Origin: a virus
Taxonomy: Duplodnaviria > Heunggongvirae > Uroviricota > Caudoviricetes
IMG/VR virus record: IMGVR_UViG_3300037391_000121
Reading direction: 5' to 3' (one strand)
DNA length: 64,000 nucleotides
Part shown: in pieces, positions 1-9,406 of the stretch
How positions within the stretch are numbered: position 1 is the first letter of the stretch
How the letters are laid out: every line of letters begins with the position of its first letter
Program-made: the position numbers and the translations under genes
Notes under the pieces: generated by a model
The model's input: the letters and a program-made list of their open reading frames with translations, nothing else
The model's database searches: none
Told to the model about the DNA's origin: nothing

Positions 1-345
1 GTCCAGACCGTAGACTCCATAAGGAGCCATCCCACCAAATTCCGCAATGATTACACCTGTTGGAGCGGAGGTTGCGTTGTGGAATGTCGCCGTGACGGTG
101 TTTGCTCCCGCTTTGCAGCCGTACACTACGAAGATTGCGGATTGGTCCGCGTTCGCGTTGTTGTAGAGAGTGGTGTACGTGTTCCCTTGCGTGTCCGCTA
201 TAGTGCAAGTGATGGTTGCGCTGCCGGACCAGCAGGCGTACACGACCAAGAAATTGCCTCCTTGGTTGTCGTTTGTGTAGGCAACGGCCTGCGATGCTTC
301 GGCTGCTGTTGATCCTCCAGAGTTGCCCTGTACAAAGTATCCCAT
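1..345 (-). CDS. structural protein, 5' portion (gene runs off window start)
   Basis: Minus-strand ATG at 343-345 preceded by TAAGGAG; frame stays open to position 1; Thr/Gly/Val/Asn-rich like neighbouring fibre-like genes. Confidence 0.55.
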   Translation of the reverse strand, partial: MGYFVQGNSGGSTAAEASQAVAYTNDNQGGNFLVVYACWSGSATITCTIADTQGNTYTTLYNNANADQSAIFVVYGCKAGANTVTATFHNATSAPTGVIIAEFGGMAPYGVYGLD

Positions 346-353
346 GCGGCTCC

Positions 354-2828
354 TTACTCGTAGAAGACGTTGTAGTCAACCGTGTTCGTCGGACCAGTGG
401 CTCCTGCACGAGTAGTTGTGATGGCAATTGTGATTGCGGTTCCGAAGGCGATGCCCATGTCGTTCAGGACGTTTGCACCAGCGACAGGTGGAATACCGAA
501 GCTCATGAATGGAGCCGTGGTGCCTAGCGTAACGGATGCGACTGATGCGTTGAAGAACTGCACGTATGCTACGCTCGTGTTCGAGTTGTAGAAGTACCAA
601 CCGTACACTTGACCAGCGGTGGTCTTGATGGCGGTCTTCGTCGCACCGATGGAGCCTGTAGCAGGAGAAACGCCGCCCGTAGTCGCTGGCGTGATGGCGA
701 CGGCGACTGTATTCGTAACGAAAGCGTTGACGCCCGGTACGATGACAGCGCCCGGAGATGTTCCGTAGTTGGAGGGAGCGCCGAGATCAGAACCACCCCA
801 ATACTGTACGTCAGTGTTGAGGTTACCAGACAGATCGGTGACGAGTAGACTTTCATTGCCCGCAACGTAGGTCGGGAATGTGGTGTCGGATGGTGCCGTA
901 ACTGATACAAGAGCACTGAGGTTCGCGGTGCCCGGTACAGCGGTGTTGTTGCCTCTGTTGCCAGCGACCGTGACGGTGTTCGTGATGAAGGCATTGACAC
1001 CCATCACGGCGGTTCCAGTTGGTGCCGTACCGTAAGCCGATACCGCAGCAACTATCTGTACGCCGCCAACAGCCTGCAAATCTTGGTTAAGAGCCCCGTG
1101 CAAGTCGGTGACGGGCAGGACTTGGAAACCGTTGGTGTACGTCTGCGTTGTGTACGAAGTCGCAGCGATGGCGGTTAAGGAGCCTTCATTGTTGGCAATT
1201 GGGGCGGCAGTATCGTTGGAGAGCGTTCCGCCAGAGAACCCAGTGACGTTGACGTTCAGCGCACCGCCAGTGTTGGTCAGAGGGGTTGTGCCCGAGAACA
1301 ACGAAGCGTTGACGGCTGGGACATTGACAGCGGCGGGAGCCGTACCGAAGGCAGTGACAGCCGTCGCACCGAGTTGGACGCCAGCAACCGCTTGTAGGTC
1401 GCTATTGAGTGCACCGTGTAGATCGGTGACAGGCAGAACCATATCGCCCGTGGTGTACGTGACCGTATTGTACGCGGTCTCAGCGATTGCACCGAGGACA
1501 CCAAGAAGCGTTGCGGTTGGGGCAGCGTTGTTATTCGTGAGAGTCCCATCTACAGCGGACGTGCCCGAAAGAGATACAGTGCCGCTTACCACCCATGGCG
1601 ATGTGCTCTGGGTTACAGCTACAGTGCCCGTGATGCCGAAGGTTGTCGGGAAGTTTGTTACGTCAACGTTGAGTGACGTGCCCGTGGCACCGATGGCGGT
1701 TGTGCCCGAGAAAAGTTCGGCGTTGACACCGATGACGGCTCCCGTTGGTGCCGTACCCCACGAGGTAGGAATTCCGAGGTTGGTGTTAGCCCATTGAGTG
1801 ACATCGGTCACCCACGGAGTCGTGCTCTGCGTTACGGCTACAGTTCCCGTAACAGCGGCACTTACGAAGATCGGGTTGCCGCTTGTGTTCGCAGCCGCCG
1901 TAGCTGAGATCGGAACAGGTGCCGTTGCCGAAACGGGGTTCTGACCAACAAAGAGTTCAGCGTTAACGCCCTGTACCTCAGTTGAAGCAGCGGGTGCAGT
2001 ACCCCAATCTGTGGGACCGCCAAGAGCCGTTCCAGCGAGAGCTTGCCAGTCAACGTTGAGAGCGCCGTGCAAGTCTGTAACAGGTAAAACTTGGTCACCA
2101 GTCGTATACGTGACAGTCGTGTATGCCGTCTCTGCAATGGCTGGTAGGACGCCAACGTTGAAAGCGTTCGGGGCTGCGTTGTTGTTGGTTAGGTTGCCTT
2201 GGAACGTTGAGGTCGCTGGGAAGTTCGTTACATCAACGTAGATCGGGTTGCCTGAAGTGTTTGCCGCAGTCGTGGCGGAAATCGGTACGGGATTCGTACC
2301 GGACACCGCGTTTTGCCCGACAAACATTTCCGCGTTAACGGCAGGAACCAATACGCTCGTAGCGGGTGCAGTGCCCCAGTCTGTGGGCGTTGGAATTTGC
2401 ACGGCGAAAGTGCCAGTATTCGTAACGGCGATGGTCGTGTTGGAGAATGCCACGGTGCCACTTACGACCCAAGGCGATGTGCATTGCGTAACGCAGATCG
2501 AGGCGTTGCTGATGGCAACGGTGCCGCTTACGACCCAAGGCGACGTGACCTGTGTGACGCCGATCTGTGTTTCCGTGAAGGTTGCGGTGACGGGGTTGGT
2601 CACGTAGACGTTCAGTGCTTCGACGGCAGGGCTACCGTAGCTAGTTGCACTGAGGGCTGTGCACGATCCAACGAAGAGCGAGGCATTGACGGGGATCGCG
2701 GCTGTAACGGTGGAGCAGCAACCGAGACCGGGGCAAGTGCCGAACGCGGAAGGAGGGCTCAGCGGCGTGTTATCCCACTGCGTAATGTTGCCCGAAAATG
2801 AAAGACCAAACGGATTTTGAACTGGCAT
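354..2828 (-). CDS. large repeat-containing structural protein (tail-fibre/adhesin-like), 824 aa
   Basis: Long ORF. Thr/Gly/Val/Asn-rich, few charged residues. Three to four diverged ~130-150 aa internal repeats (..TAYTTVTYTTGDxVLPVTDLHGALN..). Motifs VTQCTSPWVV (x2) and YGSPAVEALNVYVTN shared with other genes of the block. Confidence 0.6.
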   Translation of the reverse strand: MPVQNPFGLSFSGNITQWDNTPLSPPSAFGTCPGLGCCSTVTAAIPVNASLFVGSCTALSATSYGSPAVEALNVYVTNPVTATFTETQIGVTQVTSPWVVSGTVAISNASICVTQCTSPWVVSGTVAFSNTTIAVTNTGTFAVQIPTPTDWGTAPATSVLVPAVNAEMFVGQNAVSGTNPVPISATTAANTSGNPIYVDVTNFPATSTFQGNLTNNNAAPNAFNVGVLPAIAETAYTTVTYTTGDQVLPVTDLHGALNVDWQALAGTALGGPTDWGTAPAASTEVQGVNAELFVGQNPVSATAPVPISATAAANTSGNPIFVSAAVTGTVAVTQSTTPWVTDVTQWANTNLGIPTSWGTAPTGAVIGVNAELFSGTTAIGATGTSLNVDVTNFPTTFGITGTVAVTQSTSPWVVSGTVSLSGTSAVDGTLTNNNAAPTATLLGVLGAIAETAYNTVTYTTGDMVLPVTDLHGALNSDLQAVAGVQLGATAVTAFGTAPAAVNVPAVNASLFSGTTPLTNTGGALNVNVTGFSGGTLSNDTAAPIANNEGSLTAIAATSYTTQTYTNGFQVLPVTDLHGALNQDLQAVGGVQIVAAVSAYGTAPTGTAVMGVNAFITNTVTVAGNRGNNTAVPGTANLSALVSVTAPSDTTFPTYVAGNESLLVTDLSGNLNTDVQYWGGSDLGAPSNYGTSPGAVIVPGVNAFVTNTVAVAITPATTGGVSPATGSIGATKTAIKTTAGQVYGWYFYNSNTSVAYVQFFNASVASVTLGTTAPFMSFGIPPVAGANVLNDMGIAFGTAITIAITTTRAGATGPTNTVDYNVFYE
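700..2300 (-). repeat. intragenic diverged tandem repeats (~400-450 nt units) inside the 824-aa gene
   Basis: Protein-level repeats at roughly residues 243, 445, 570 and 680. Corresponding DNA similarity near 1050-1150, 1400-1500 and 2050-2150. Confidence 0.5.
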
Positions 2829-2861
2829 TTTTATCTCTCTGATTAGGAGTTACATAGTCCT

Positions 2862-3650
2862 TTACTGGAACTCCTGAATTGACAGCAACGCGCAAAATGT
2901 GGGCGGGCTTTCACAGCATGATTCCGTGTATGACAGGCCCGTATCGGCGATGGCATTTACCGCTGCGGTCGTGAAATCGGAAGCATCCATCCAAAAACTG
3001 CCCCCGGGTGCCAGCGTGATACCAGCGAAGAGGACGGCTGGATTAACACCAAAGGAAATGCTGATCGTGACGTAGGACATGTTCGTCAGGTTCAAACCTT
3101 TTCGGTAGGGATTCGACGCCAGTACGACCGATGAAGTGGTCTCCACGCAGATAGACTCAGGAGCGTTGGCTGCGCTCGCGGTCGTGGGGCAACAGGGCGG
3201 CGGTGTGGTGACGAACGAGTCTGCGGAGTACCCAAAGACCACGGAGCCGCAAACTGGAGGGCTCCCGCAGGCCGTCCCCGTGATCGGACTGACGAGCACA
3301 ACTTGAAAATATGGTATGGCGGTGAGATTGAATTCAGCCGCAAGGAAGGTGTTGGGTTCCAGCGTGTAAACTGGGCCGACCGCACCACCCATTCCCGGCA
3401 CATAGCCAGTGAGGGGGAAGTAGTTCACACCATCGGTGCTGCCTTGGAATTGAACCGCACCACCCGTGACGCAACCTTGATCGAGAGTGACGATGAGGGT
3501 GTTGTACGAGTAGTCGTTGTTTACTATCGTGGCTGTCGTGCCAAGGGGAGTGGCGCAATCCCACGGTGGGAAAGTCGCACCGCATTGGGTGTTTTCGCCG
3601 ACGCTCAGGACGGCGGAAATGCTGTACTGCGACTCAGTATACTGGCTCAT
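2862..3650 (-). CDS. structural protein, 262 aa
   Basis: Complete ORF in the same orientation and similar composition. Cys-containing N-terminal half. Confidence 0.5.
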   Translation of the reverse strand: MSQYTESQYSISAVLSVGENTQCGATFPPWDCATPLGTTATIVNNDYSYNTLIVTLDQGCVTGGAVQFQGSTDGVNYFPLTGYVPGMGGAVGPVYTLEPNTFLAAEFNLTAIPYFQVVLVSPITGTACGSPPVCGSVVFGYSADSFVTTPPPCCPTTASAANAPESICVETTSSVVLASNPYRKGLNLTNMSYVTISISFGVNPAVLFAGITLAPGGSFWMDASDFTTAAVNAIADTGLSYTESCCESPPTFCALLSIQEFQ

Positions 3651-3735
3651 TCAATCTGATCCCCTATAAACGAATGACAAAGCTAAAAAACGTGAGAACT
3701 GTCAAAAACTCCATTTTTACTGGGGAAATGAGAGG

Positions 3736-3885
3736 TTACCTCATGCAGTTGCATAATTTTTCCTTGCGCGTGGTGGTCGCTGCCCGAGCGTTCGCGCAGG
3801 TAGTGCAGTGGTAGGTGACGCTGCCATCGTGGTTGTAGACACGCCATTGAGCTTGTTGACCGCACGCACAGATTACTTTTGCCAT
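3736..3885 (-). CDS. small Cys-rich (zinc-ribbon-like) protein, 49 aa; not in the ORF track
   Basis: Own translation: MAKVICACGQQAQWRVYNHDGSVTYHCTTCANARAATTTRKEKLCNCMR. CxC..HCxxC pattern. Overlaps the glycosyltransferase stop by 13 nt in another frame. Confidence 0.3.
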   Translation of the reverse strand: MAKVICACGQQAQWRVYNHDGSVTYHCTTCANARAATTTRKEKLCNCMR

Positions 3886-4520
3886 AGCTTTTGAATTGTC
3901 TCCCACGGTTCAGGTTTGTAATCCTTACTCAGATGCTTCCTGCAAGCATTGGCCGTATGGATCGCCGCTACGACCAAGGCAGGATCGTTCAGATCGTACC
4001 TCGCTGCAACAGGCGTCTTCTTTTGAAAATTGTAGTCGGCTCCCCCAGCGAGATTGTCGAACTTCAAATTCTGCCAAGCGGATTTACGTACCGCTATGGA
4101 TGCGAGCCAACCGATCCCTTTCGGCGTCGTGTATCGGTAAGCTTGCTGGGTGCCGTGCTGATAGTAGTAGAGAGTGCTCGTTCCAGAAAGCTGCAATGCT
4201 GGATTCTCGATGAGCGGCGTGATCTGGCGAGTGATTCGATTTGTGGGATACCAATCATCGTCGTCGAAGACAATCCCGAACTCACCGCTCGCTAATTCAA
4301 AGCAACGATTCATCTTCGCCCCATGGTGTTTTTTGGGCTTTTCATGGAAATATTTGATCCTCGGATCGGTCGGCAGGAGGTTCCCGATTGGGTCTGCGCC
4401 ATCATCCAGTATGATCCATTCCAGATTCGGATAATCTTGCGAGAGGAAGCACTGGATGGCCCGAGGAAAGAAGGCTCGGCGATTAAAAGTCGGCGTTAGT
4501 GCACTTACGAGAGGAGGCAT
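3873..4520 (-). CDS. family-2 (GT-A) glycosyltransferase
   Basis: LVSALTPTFNRRAFFPRAIQCFLSQDYPNLEWIILDDGADP matches the GT2 N-terminal signature with the DD motif. Start taken at internal Met (MPPLVS) because the upstream part of the ORF overlaps the preceding gene. Confidence 0.6.
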   Translation of the reverse strand: MPPLVSALTPTFNRRAFFPRAIQCFLSQDYPNLEWIILDDGADPIGNLLPTDPRIKYFHEKPKKHHGAKMNRCFELASGEFGIVFDDDDWYPTNRITRQITPLIENPALQLSGTSTLYYYQHGTQQAYRYTTPKGIGWLASIAVRKSAWQNLKFDNLAGGADYNFQKKTPVAARYDLNDPALVVAAIHTANACRKHLSKDYKPEPWETIQKLWQK

Positions 4521-4813
4521 TAGTGTTCGATGCACTTTCTCATGATGCCCGCCGTGATCTGAGAGAGCGCGATCACGATAAAGCCCTGCACGATGTGGTC
4601 GATGAAACTTCCACCGAGGGTCTTGTAGTACGCCAGCACGAGCATCGCCGTTACCCAATGACTTACGCACCATGAGCATGACAATAACTGGTCTAAAAAT
4701 GGGAATTTCGGTGCCAACCAGTCGTGGGGTTTAGCAAAAATCTTCCCCTCGGCTACGACCAAACTGATCGCTCCGCAGGCAACGCCTAGTTCAGCCAAAA
4801 ACGTGAGATTCAT
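4520..4813 (-). CDS. small multi-pass membrane protein, 97 aa
   Basis: Two or three hydrophobic helices. Its stop overlaps the glycosyltransferase start by 1 nt. Confidence 0.45.
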   Translation of the reverse strand: MNLTFLAELGVACGAISLVVAEGKIFAKPHDWLAPKFPFLDQLLSCSWCVSHWVTAMLVLAYYKTLGGSFIDHIVQGFIVIALSQITAGIMRKCIEH

Positions 4814-4818
4814 ATTGG

Positions 4819-4848
4819 ATAATACCCAAAAGAAAAGCCGCTGGGGTT
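4819..4848 (-). terminator. Rho-independent terminator downstream of the 755-aa structural gene
   Basis: On the minus strand GCCGCTGG-CTAACC-CCAGCGGC followed by TTTTCTTTT, then a TGGGTATTAT extended -10 before the membrane-protein gene. Confidence 0.55.
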
Positions 4849-4880
4849 AGCCAGCGGCTCATTTTGTTCAACCGTTAAGC

Positions 4881-7148
4881 TTAGCCGCAGATCGAAGTCT
4901 GTTCTGACCAACGAATCTGTCCAACGGCCTTGGCGCAACCCTTGAAGCTCTTGCCCGCGAGGGTGTAGGTCTTGCCGTTCAAGCAGTCCAAGAGACCGTC
5001 GAAGCTGCGTGGGAAGGCTGCCGCGTAACCAGACCAGACCACCGTGCCGCCAGTGACAGCCGATGCCGTGGTGTCCACGTTGACGTTGCCCGGGCCAGCC
5101 GCGAATGCAGCGCCCGTGAGCGCACCGCCTTCGATAAGCTGGAAGAGAACCGTCGAACCGTCCGTGAAGACCTGAATCTCGCGGAGCAACTGTACGATGG
5201 TTCCGATGCCGTTGCCCTGAATCGACCAGAGCGGAACGAACGCAGTCGTCATGACCTGAGTATCGAACGCTGCACCGCTGTCGTAGCTGTAGTATTGGAT
5301 CGAGCAAGCAAACTGCTCGTCCGCAGGGATGGTGATGAGTGCGCCAGACGGGGCAAGCTGGAGCACCTGCATTGAGCCGAGCGAGAAAGTCTCGGGTCCG
5401 CAAGTGACCGTTGCAATATCGACGCTCAGACCGTTGGTTACATAAACGTCCAGAGCCGCCGTTGCTGGGCTGCCGCTGATCGTGAAGCCAACTGGGGTGC
5501 CCGCGATATCCGTGAGGTTGATGTTGAACGGCGTCGAGCAATCGCCGGGGCAGACATAGATCGGTGTCGAAGGAGTGTTCGTGACCGTTACGGTGCCAGT
5601 GACGCTCACCGTACCCGTGACACTTACCGTGCCGCCCGTCACATCGACGTAGACTGGTGACGAGAAGTCGTTGGTGATGAAGGTGTTGAGCGATTCAACC
5701 GCTGGGCTACCAGAGGTCGTGAAGCTCAACCCGCATACGCTGAGGCAGGTGTTAGTAACGTCAACGTAGATCGGCGTGGTTGGCGTGTTCGAAGTGAGAG
5801 TGACATCGCCGCCCGTAACGAAAACGTTGAGCGAGGATTCCGCAGGGCTTCCAGCAGATGTGAAGGTCGCGCCCGTGATGCCGACAGTCCAAGTTCCAGA
5901 CTGAGTGACGGCTACGGTGCCACTGACCGATACTGTCCAAGCGCCCGACTGTACGGACTCAACTGTCCATGTACCGCACTGCGTGGCGCATACTGTGCCG
6001 CCCGTGCTGTAGACATTGAGCGAAGATACCGCTGGGCTGCCAGCCTCAGTGAAGGATGCTCCGCAAACGTTGAGGCAGGTGTTGGTTACATCGACGTAAA
6101 TCGGAGTCGTCGGTGTGTTCGAAGTGAGGGTAACGTCGCCGCCAGTGACGAAGACATTGAGTGATGCCTCGGCGGGGCTACCAGAGATTGTCGTTCCGAT
6201 TGGAACGCCGCCAACTTCCGTGAGGTTAACAACCCACGGTGATGTGCACTGCGTTACGCAAATTTCGCCGCCAGTGACGAAGGTGTTGAGACCGCACACC
6301 TGAACAGAGGCGCAATCTGGAGTGGTGACGATTTCAGCAGTCGAGATAGTGACCGCGCCATTGTTGGCGAGTGCGCGACCAGTAAGAGTTCCGCCGCCGA
6401 GGGTGACGCTTGCGACAGCGAGGATGGTGCCGACTGTGGTAGCTCCCGGCCCGATGGATGTCCAAGAGCTTCCAGCGACCCAGACGACGTTGCACGCCTG
6501 CGCTCCGTTAGCCAGAAGGATCGTACCAGCGATCTGCTGGGTGATGGTGCTGCCAGCCAAGAACACGAATACCGCATCAGGGTTGCCCTGTGCATCAAGA
6601 GTGATCGGCGTGTCGATTTCGAGACTTGAGCCGCTCGAATAAACGCCCGGGTAGTAAGTGCCGACTGGAGCACCAACGGACATCTGTGTGCCCATGTCCG
6701 CCGTGGTGAGAACTTGTCCCGGTCCAAGACCTTGGTAATAAGTGATTGCCGCTGCGACTGCCGTCTGATCCGCTGCCGTGGCAGTGACTTCAGCCGCAGG
6801 CGGAACGATTACACCGGGAGGGAATCCAGTGATTGAATTTGTTGGGTACGAACCGACGTTACCGCCCGAGATGACCGAGGAACCAGAGTTCGTTACGCCA
6901 CTGTAGCCGAGGAGGGCGTAGGTTGCTGCTGAACCAAGCTGAGCGAGAGTCGGAGAGACTCCACCCGTGCAGGTTGTTCCGACGCCACTGATAGTGACTT
7001 CGGGGATGTTGATGACGCCGACGTTGATCGAGGCAACAGCAGGGCTACCCGAAACTGTTATGAGGGAACAACCCGTAGTATCATCGTAGATACCAAAAAC
7101 GGAGATGCCCGTGTATTGTCCACCCGCACAAGAATTGCAATCTGGCAT
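4881..7148 (-). CDS. large structural protein (tail-fibre/tail-associated), 755 aa
   Basis: Long ORF. Two near-identical ~45-aa repeats (SGSPAEASLNVFVTGGDVTLTSNTPTTPIYVDVTNTCL..), several GSPAxxSLNVxVT motifs, one ICVTQCTSPWVV motif. Confidence 0.6.
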   Translation of the reverse strand: MPDCNSCAGGQYTGISVFGIYDDTTGCSLITVSGSPAVASINVGVINIPEVTISGVGTTCTGGVSPTLAQLGSAATYALLGYSGVTNSGSSVISGGNVGSYPTNSITGFPPGVIVPPAAEVTATAADQTAVAAAITYYQGLGPGQVLTTADMGTQMSVGAPVGTYYPGVYSSGSSLEIDTPITLDAQGNPDAVFVFLAGSTITQQIAGTILLANGAQACNVVWVAGSSWTSIGPGATTVGTILAVASVTLGGGTLTGRALANNGAVTISTAEIVTTPDCASVQVCGLNTFVTGGEICVTQCTSPWVVNLTEVGGVPIGTTISGSPAEASLNVFVTGGDVTLTSNTPTTPIYVDVTNTCLNVCGASFTEAGSPAVSSLNVYSTGGTVCATQCGTWTVESVQSGAWTVSVSGTVAVTQSGTWTVGITGATFTSAGSPAESSLNVFVTGGDVTLTSNTPTTPIYVDVTNTCLSVCGLSFTTSGSPAVESLNTFITNDFSSPVYVDVTGGTVSVTGTVSVTGTVTVTNTPSTPIYVCPGDCSTPFNINLTDIAGTPVGFTISGSPATAALDVYVTNGLSVDIATVTCGPETFSLGSMQVLQLAPSGALITIPADEQFACSIQYYSYDSGAAFDTQVMTTAFVPLWSIQGNGIGTIVQLLREIQVFTDGSTVLFQLIEGGALTGAAFAAGPGNVNVDTTASAVTGGTVVWSGYAAAFPRSFDGLLDCLNGKTYTLAGKSFKGCAKAVGQIRWSEQTSICG
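5700..6230 (-). repeat. intragenic direct repeat pair (~130 nt units, roughly 80% identical by eye) inside the 755-aa gene
   Basis: DNA near 5700-5830 resembles DNA near 6060-6190; protein repeats at about residues 310 and 410. Confidence 0.5.
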
Positions 7149-7239
7149 GGTTTTTCCTATGAAACTTGAAATTAAATTGGTGGACGCACCACCCCAAAGA
7201 GCCCTCTATCCTTAGAAGGAGGAAGTTGAGAAATACCTC

Positions 7240-7983
7240 TTACTGTTCGTCCCAAGCGAACGAGGCCCCTGCGGAAGCACATCTGCCCCCTGTGGTAGGC
7301 GCAAAAACGATGGTTATCACGGACGGTTCCGCAGGTGATCCCGTAAATCCAAATTGGAACTTGTAATCATTTTTATACGGACTCGCACCGATAAACCCAG
7401 CATCGAGCAACGTTCCACCCGTGTACGAAGTGGCTGAAACGTCGTAAGTCATACTAGATGCGGGGTCTACGCTCACAAAATTGGCTCCCGTTAACGTCGC
7501 ATTAAGAAGAAGCTGGAAATGGCACACTTGTCCCATACTGGAAATGTCTAAGCCTCTGAAAGTGAAGACGATATCTCCGTCAGCGTCGATTAGGGGAGTG
7601 ATGCTCAGCATGGGTAGGAGACCGCCAGTCGCGTTCTGTACCAGCGTCACCCCCGTGGTCGCGGCAAAGCGCGAGACGGGCTCCAAATCTTCGGGGTTAG
7701 GTGTATTGCTATCGAAAGTTAACAAAACGTCAAAAGCAGAAATCTGACCCGCAGGCATGGGTGCAAGAAGCGTGATGACGAGGTTTCCGAATTGGTCAAT
7801 CGCTGCATTGGCTGGAGGATCGGTGCTCGTGATGAAGGCAGAAGCGGGCACAAGTCCCACGGGCGACATAACGAGCGTGGAGCCGCTCGTGCTCTGGAAC
7901 AGGTACTCCACCGGGAAGGTGAAGACCATGGAGGTTCCATCGCCCTGCAACGAAATCGAAATGGGGACTACTTGACGTAGCAT
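7240..7983 (-). CDS. structural protein, 247 aa
   Basis: Complete ORF in the structural block; contains a TGSPAEPSV motif variant. Confidence 0.5.
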   Translation of the reverse strand: MLRQVVPISISLQGDGTSMVFTFPVEYLFQSTSGSTLVMSPVGLVPASAFITSTDPPANAAIDQFGNLVITLLAPMPAGQISAFDVLLTFDSNTPNPEDLEPVSRFAATTGVTLVQNATGGLLPMLSITPLIDADGDIVFTFRGLDISSMGQVCHFQLLLNATLTGANFVSVDPASSMTYDVSATSYTGGTLLDAGFIGASPYKNDYKFQFGFTGSPAEPSVITIVFAPTTGGRCASAGASFAWDEQ

Positions 7984-7984
7984 T

Positions 7985-9394
7985 TTATTCCTCTGTCCAC
8001 ATAACTTTGACTGTCATCAACGCACCAGCCGCCGCAACAGCCGAGGTTTCAATTCCAAACCAATCCGAAACGCCGCGCAATGTTGCCGCTTGTCCGCCGT
8101 CCGTGCCGAACTCCCACACAATGGCAGTAGGACCAACCAAACTCGAAGTGTTCGTCGTCCACTGCATGTATTGCGACTCGATGGAACCAAGGTTGAAAGC
8201 TGTGGCAACCGTGGGCAACGTCGTGTACTGATTGATAGCAACGGTTGCAGCGGGGTTGAGAGTATCGTCGGGTACTGGCGTTATAGCGTTAAACGCCCCT
8301 CCACTAATAGCTGAAAAGCGGCGTAAACGAATTAGGTTGAGGGCTGAGTTGCCCGTCGTGCAAGCCCAAGTGATCTGGATTCGGCGAACCCTTATGATCT
8401 TTGTCGCACTTCCCTGAATTGTGAAGAACGGGATAGTGGCACTAGCGAGTGGGGCGAAGGCACTCTCAGTCCCATGATAGGTCGGGATGCGCCCCGTATT
8501 GTCCACGTACAGACTGCCCGCGCTGTCGGATTGCAGCGGAAGAGTGGAACCGCTGGCTGGCGTCGGCGGAATAGCGTTGTAAGTCTCTGAGACCGTGATA
8601 TCGCCACTCGCAACGTTGACGTTGATAGCGGGTACGGCTGGCGATCCAACGTAAGTGAGAGCAGCTACGAGTTCAGCCAGATAAGCGTTGGTAATCGGAT
8701 CGTTTACGATCCAAGGCGTCGTGCATTGGGTGACGCAGATCGAGGACTCGGAGAACGTTACAGTCAGAGGATTGACGACGTTTACGTCGAGCGCGAATGT
8801 TGCGGGACTACCAACCAAACTCCCTTGCAGCCATTGGAGATCGCCGTTCGCGTCCTGTATGCCGATACCGATGGGCTGGATGCAGGTCGGTGCGACATAC
8901 GCGGGCGCAGGGCAGATGGGACTGCCAGCGGGGTAGAGACCCTGCACTTGCGGGTCAGCCCAGATCGCTGAGCAGTTACCGGGCTGTGAAATCAGCATCA
9001 TGCCCGGGTGAGTTGGGGCACTGATGCCAACATCGATAGGGCAGCCGCTCGGCGTGCAGAGATACTCCGCGCACGATGACGGCGTGCCAACGACATTGAA
9101 GTAAATCCCACCTTCGTTGTCGTAGGTGATTTCGATGTTGTTTTGGGCTATGAAATTGGCGGTGTTCTGGTCGGGTACTTTGACGCTGTTGACTTCAAGT
9201 TCGATGCAGCATGAGGATGATGGGATCGGAGGCAGGAGTGACGAGTCGATTTTCCCACAAGAATCGAGCAAAACGAGAGCGCCCGCCTGTGCCGCACAAC
9301 CGCCCGCAGTCACCGCGTCTATGCGGAACTCAGTCCGAGCGATCTGCCCGCGCTTATCTTTTCGATTTGCTAAAACTGACCATTGAGTCGCCAT
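7985..9394 (-). CDS. structural protein, 469 aa
   Basis: Contains VGSPATFALDVNVVNPLTVTFSESSICVTQCTTPWIVN, the same two motifs as the 824- and 755-aa proteins; 2-nt gap to the downstream gene. Confidence 0.55.
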   Translation of the reverse strand: MATQWSVLANRKDKRGQIARTEFRIDAVTAGGCAAQAGALVLLDSCGKIDSSLLPPIPSSSCCIELEVNSVKVPDQNTANFIAQNNIEITYDNEGGIYFNVVGTPSSCAEYLCTPSGCPIDVGISAPTHPGMMLISQPGNCSAIWADPQVQGLYPAGSPICPAPAYVAPTCIQPIGIGIQDANGDLQWLQGSLVGSPATFALDVNVVNPLTVTFSESSICVTQCTTPWIVNDPITNAYLAELVAALTYVGSPAVPAINVNVASGDITVSETYNAIPPTPASGSTLPLQSDSAGSLYVDNTGRIPTYHGTESAFAPLASATIPFFTIQGSATKIIRVRRIQITWACTTGNSALNLIRLRRFSAISGGAFNAITPVPDDTLNPAATVAINQYTTLPTVATAFNLGSIESQYMQWTTNTSSLVGPTAIVWEFGTDGGQAATLRGVSDWFGIETSAVAAAGALMTVKVMWTEE

Positions 9395-9406
9395 TCAATC
9401 ATCCCG

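Noticed and set aside
1108-2801. Plus-strand ORFs inside the minus-strand fibre genes (e.g. 1108..1797, 2248..2607, 2313..2801, 6115..6303)
   Set aside because: They are antisense to long, repeat-containing structural ORFs. Their repeated PLTTHGDV and TSPPVTK peptides are simply the reverse reading of the VTQCTSPW motif DNA.
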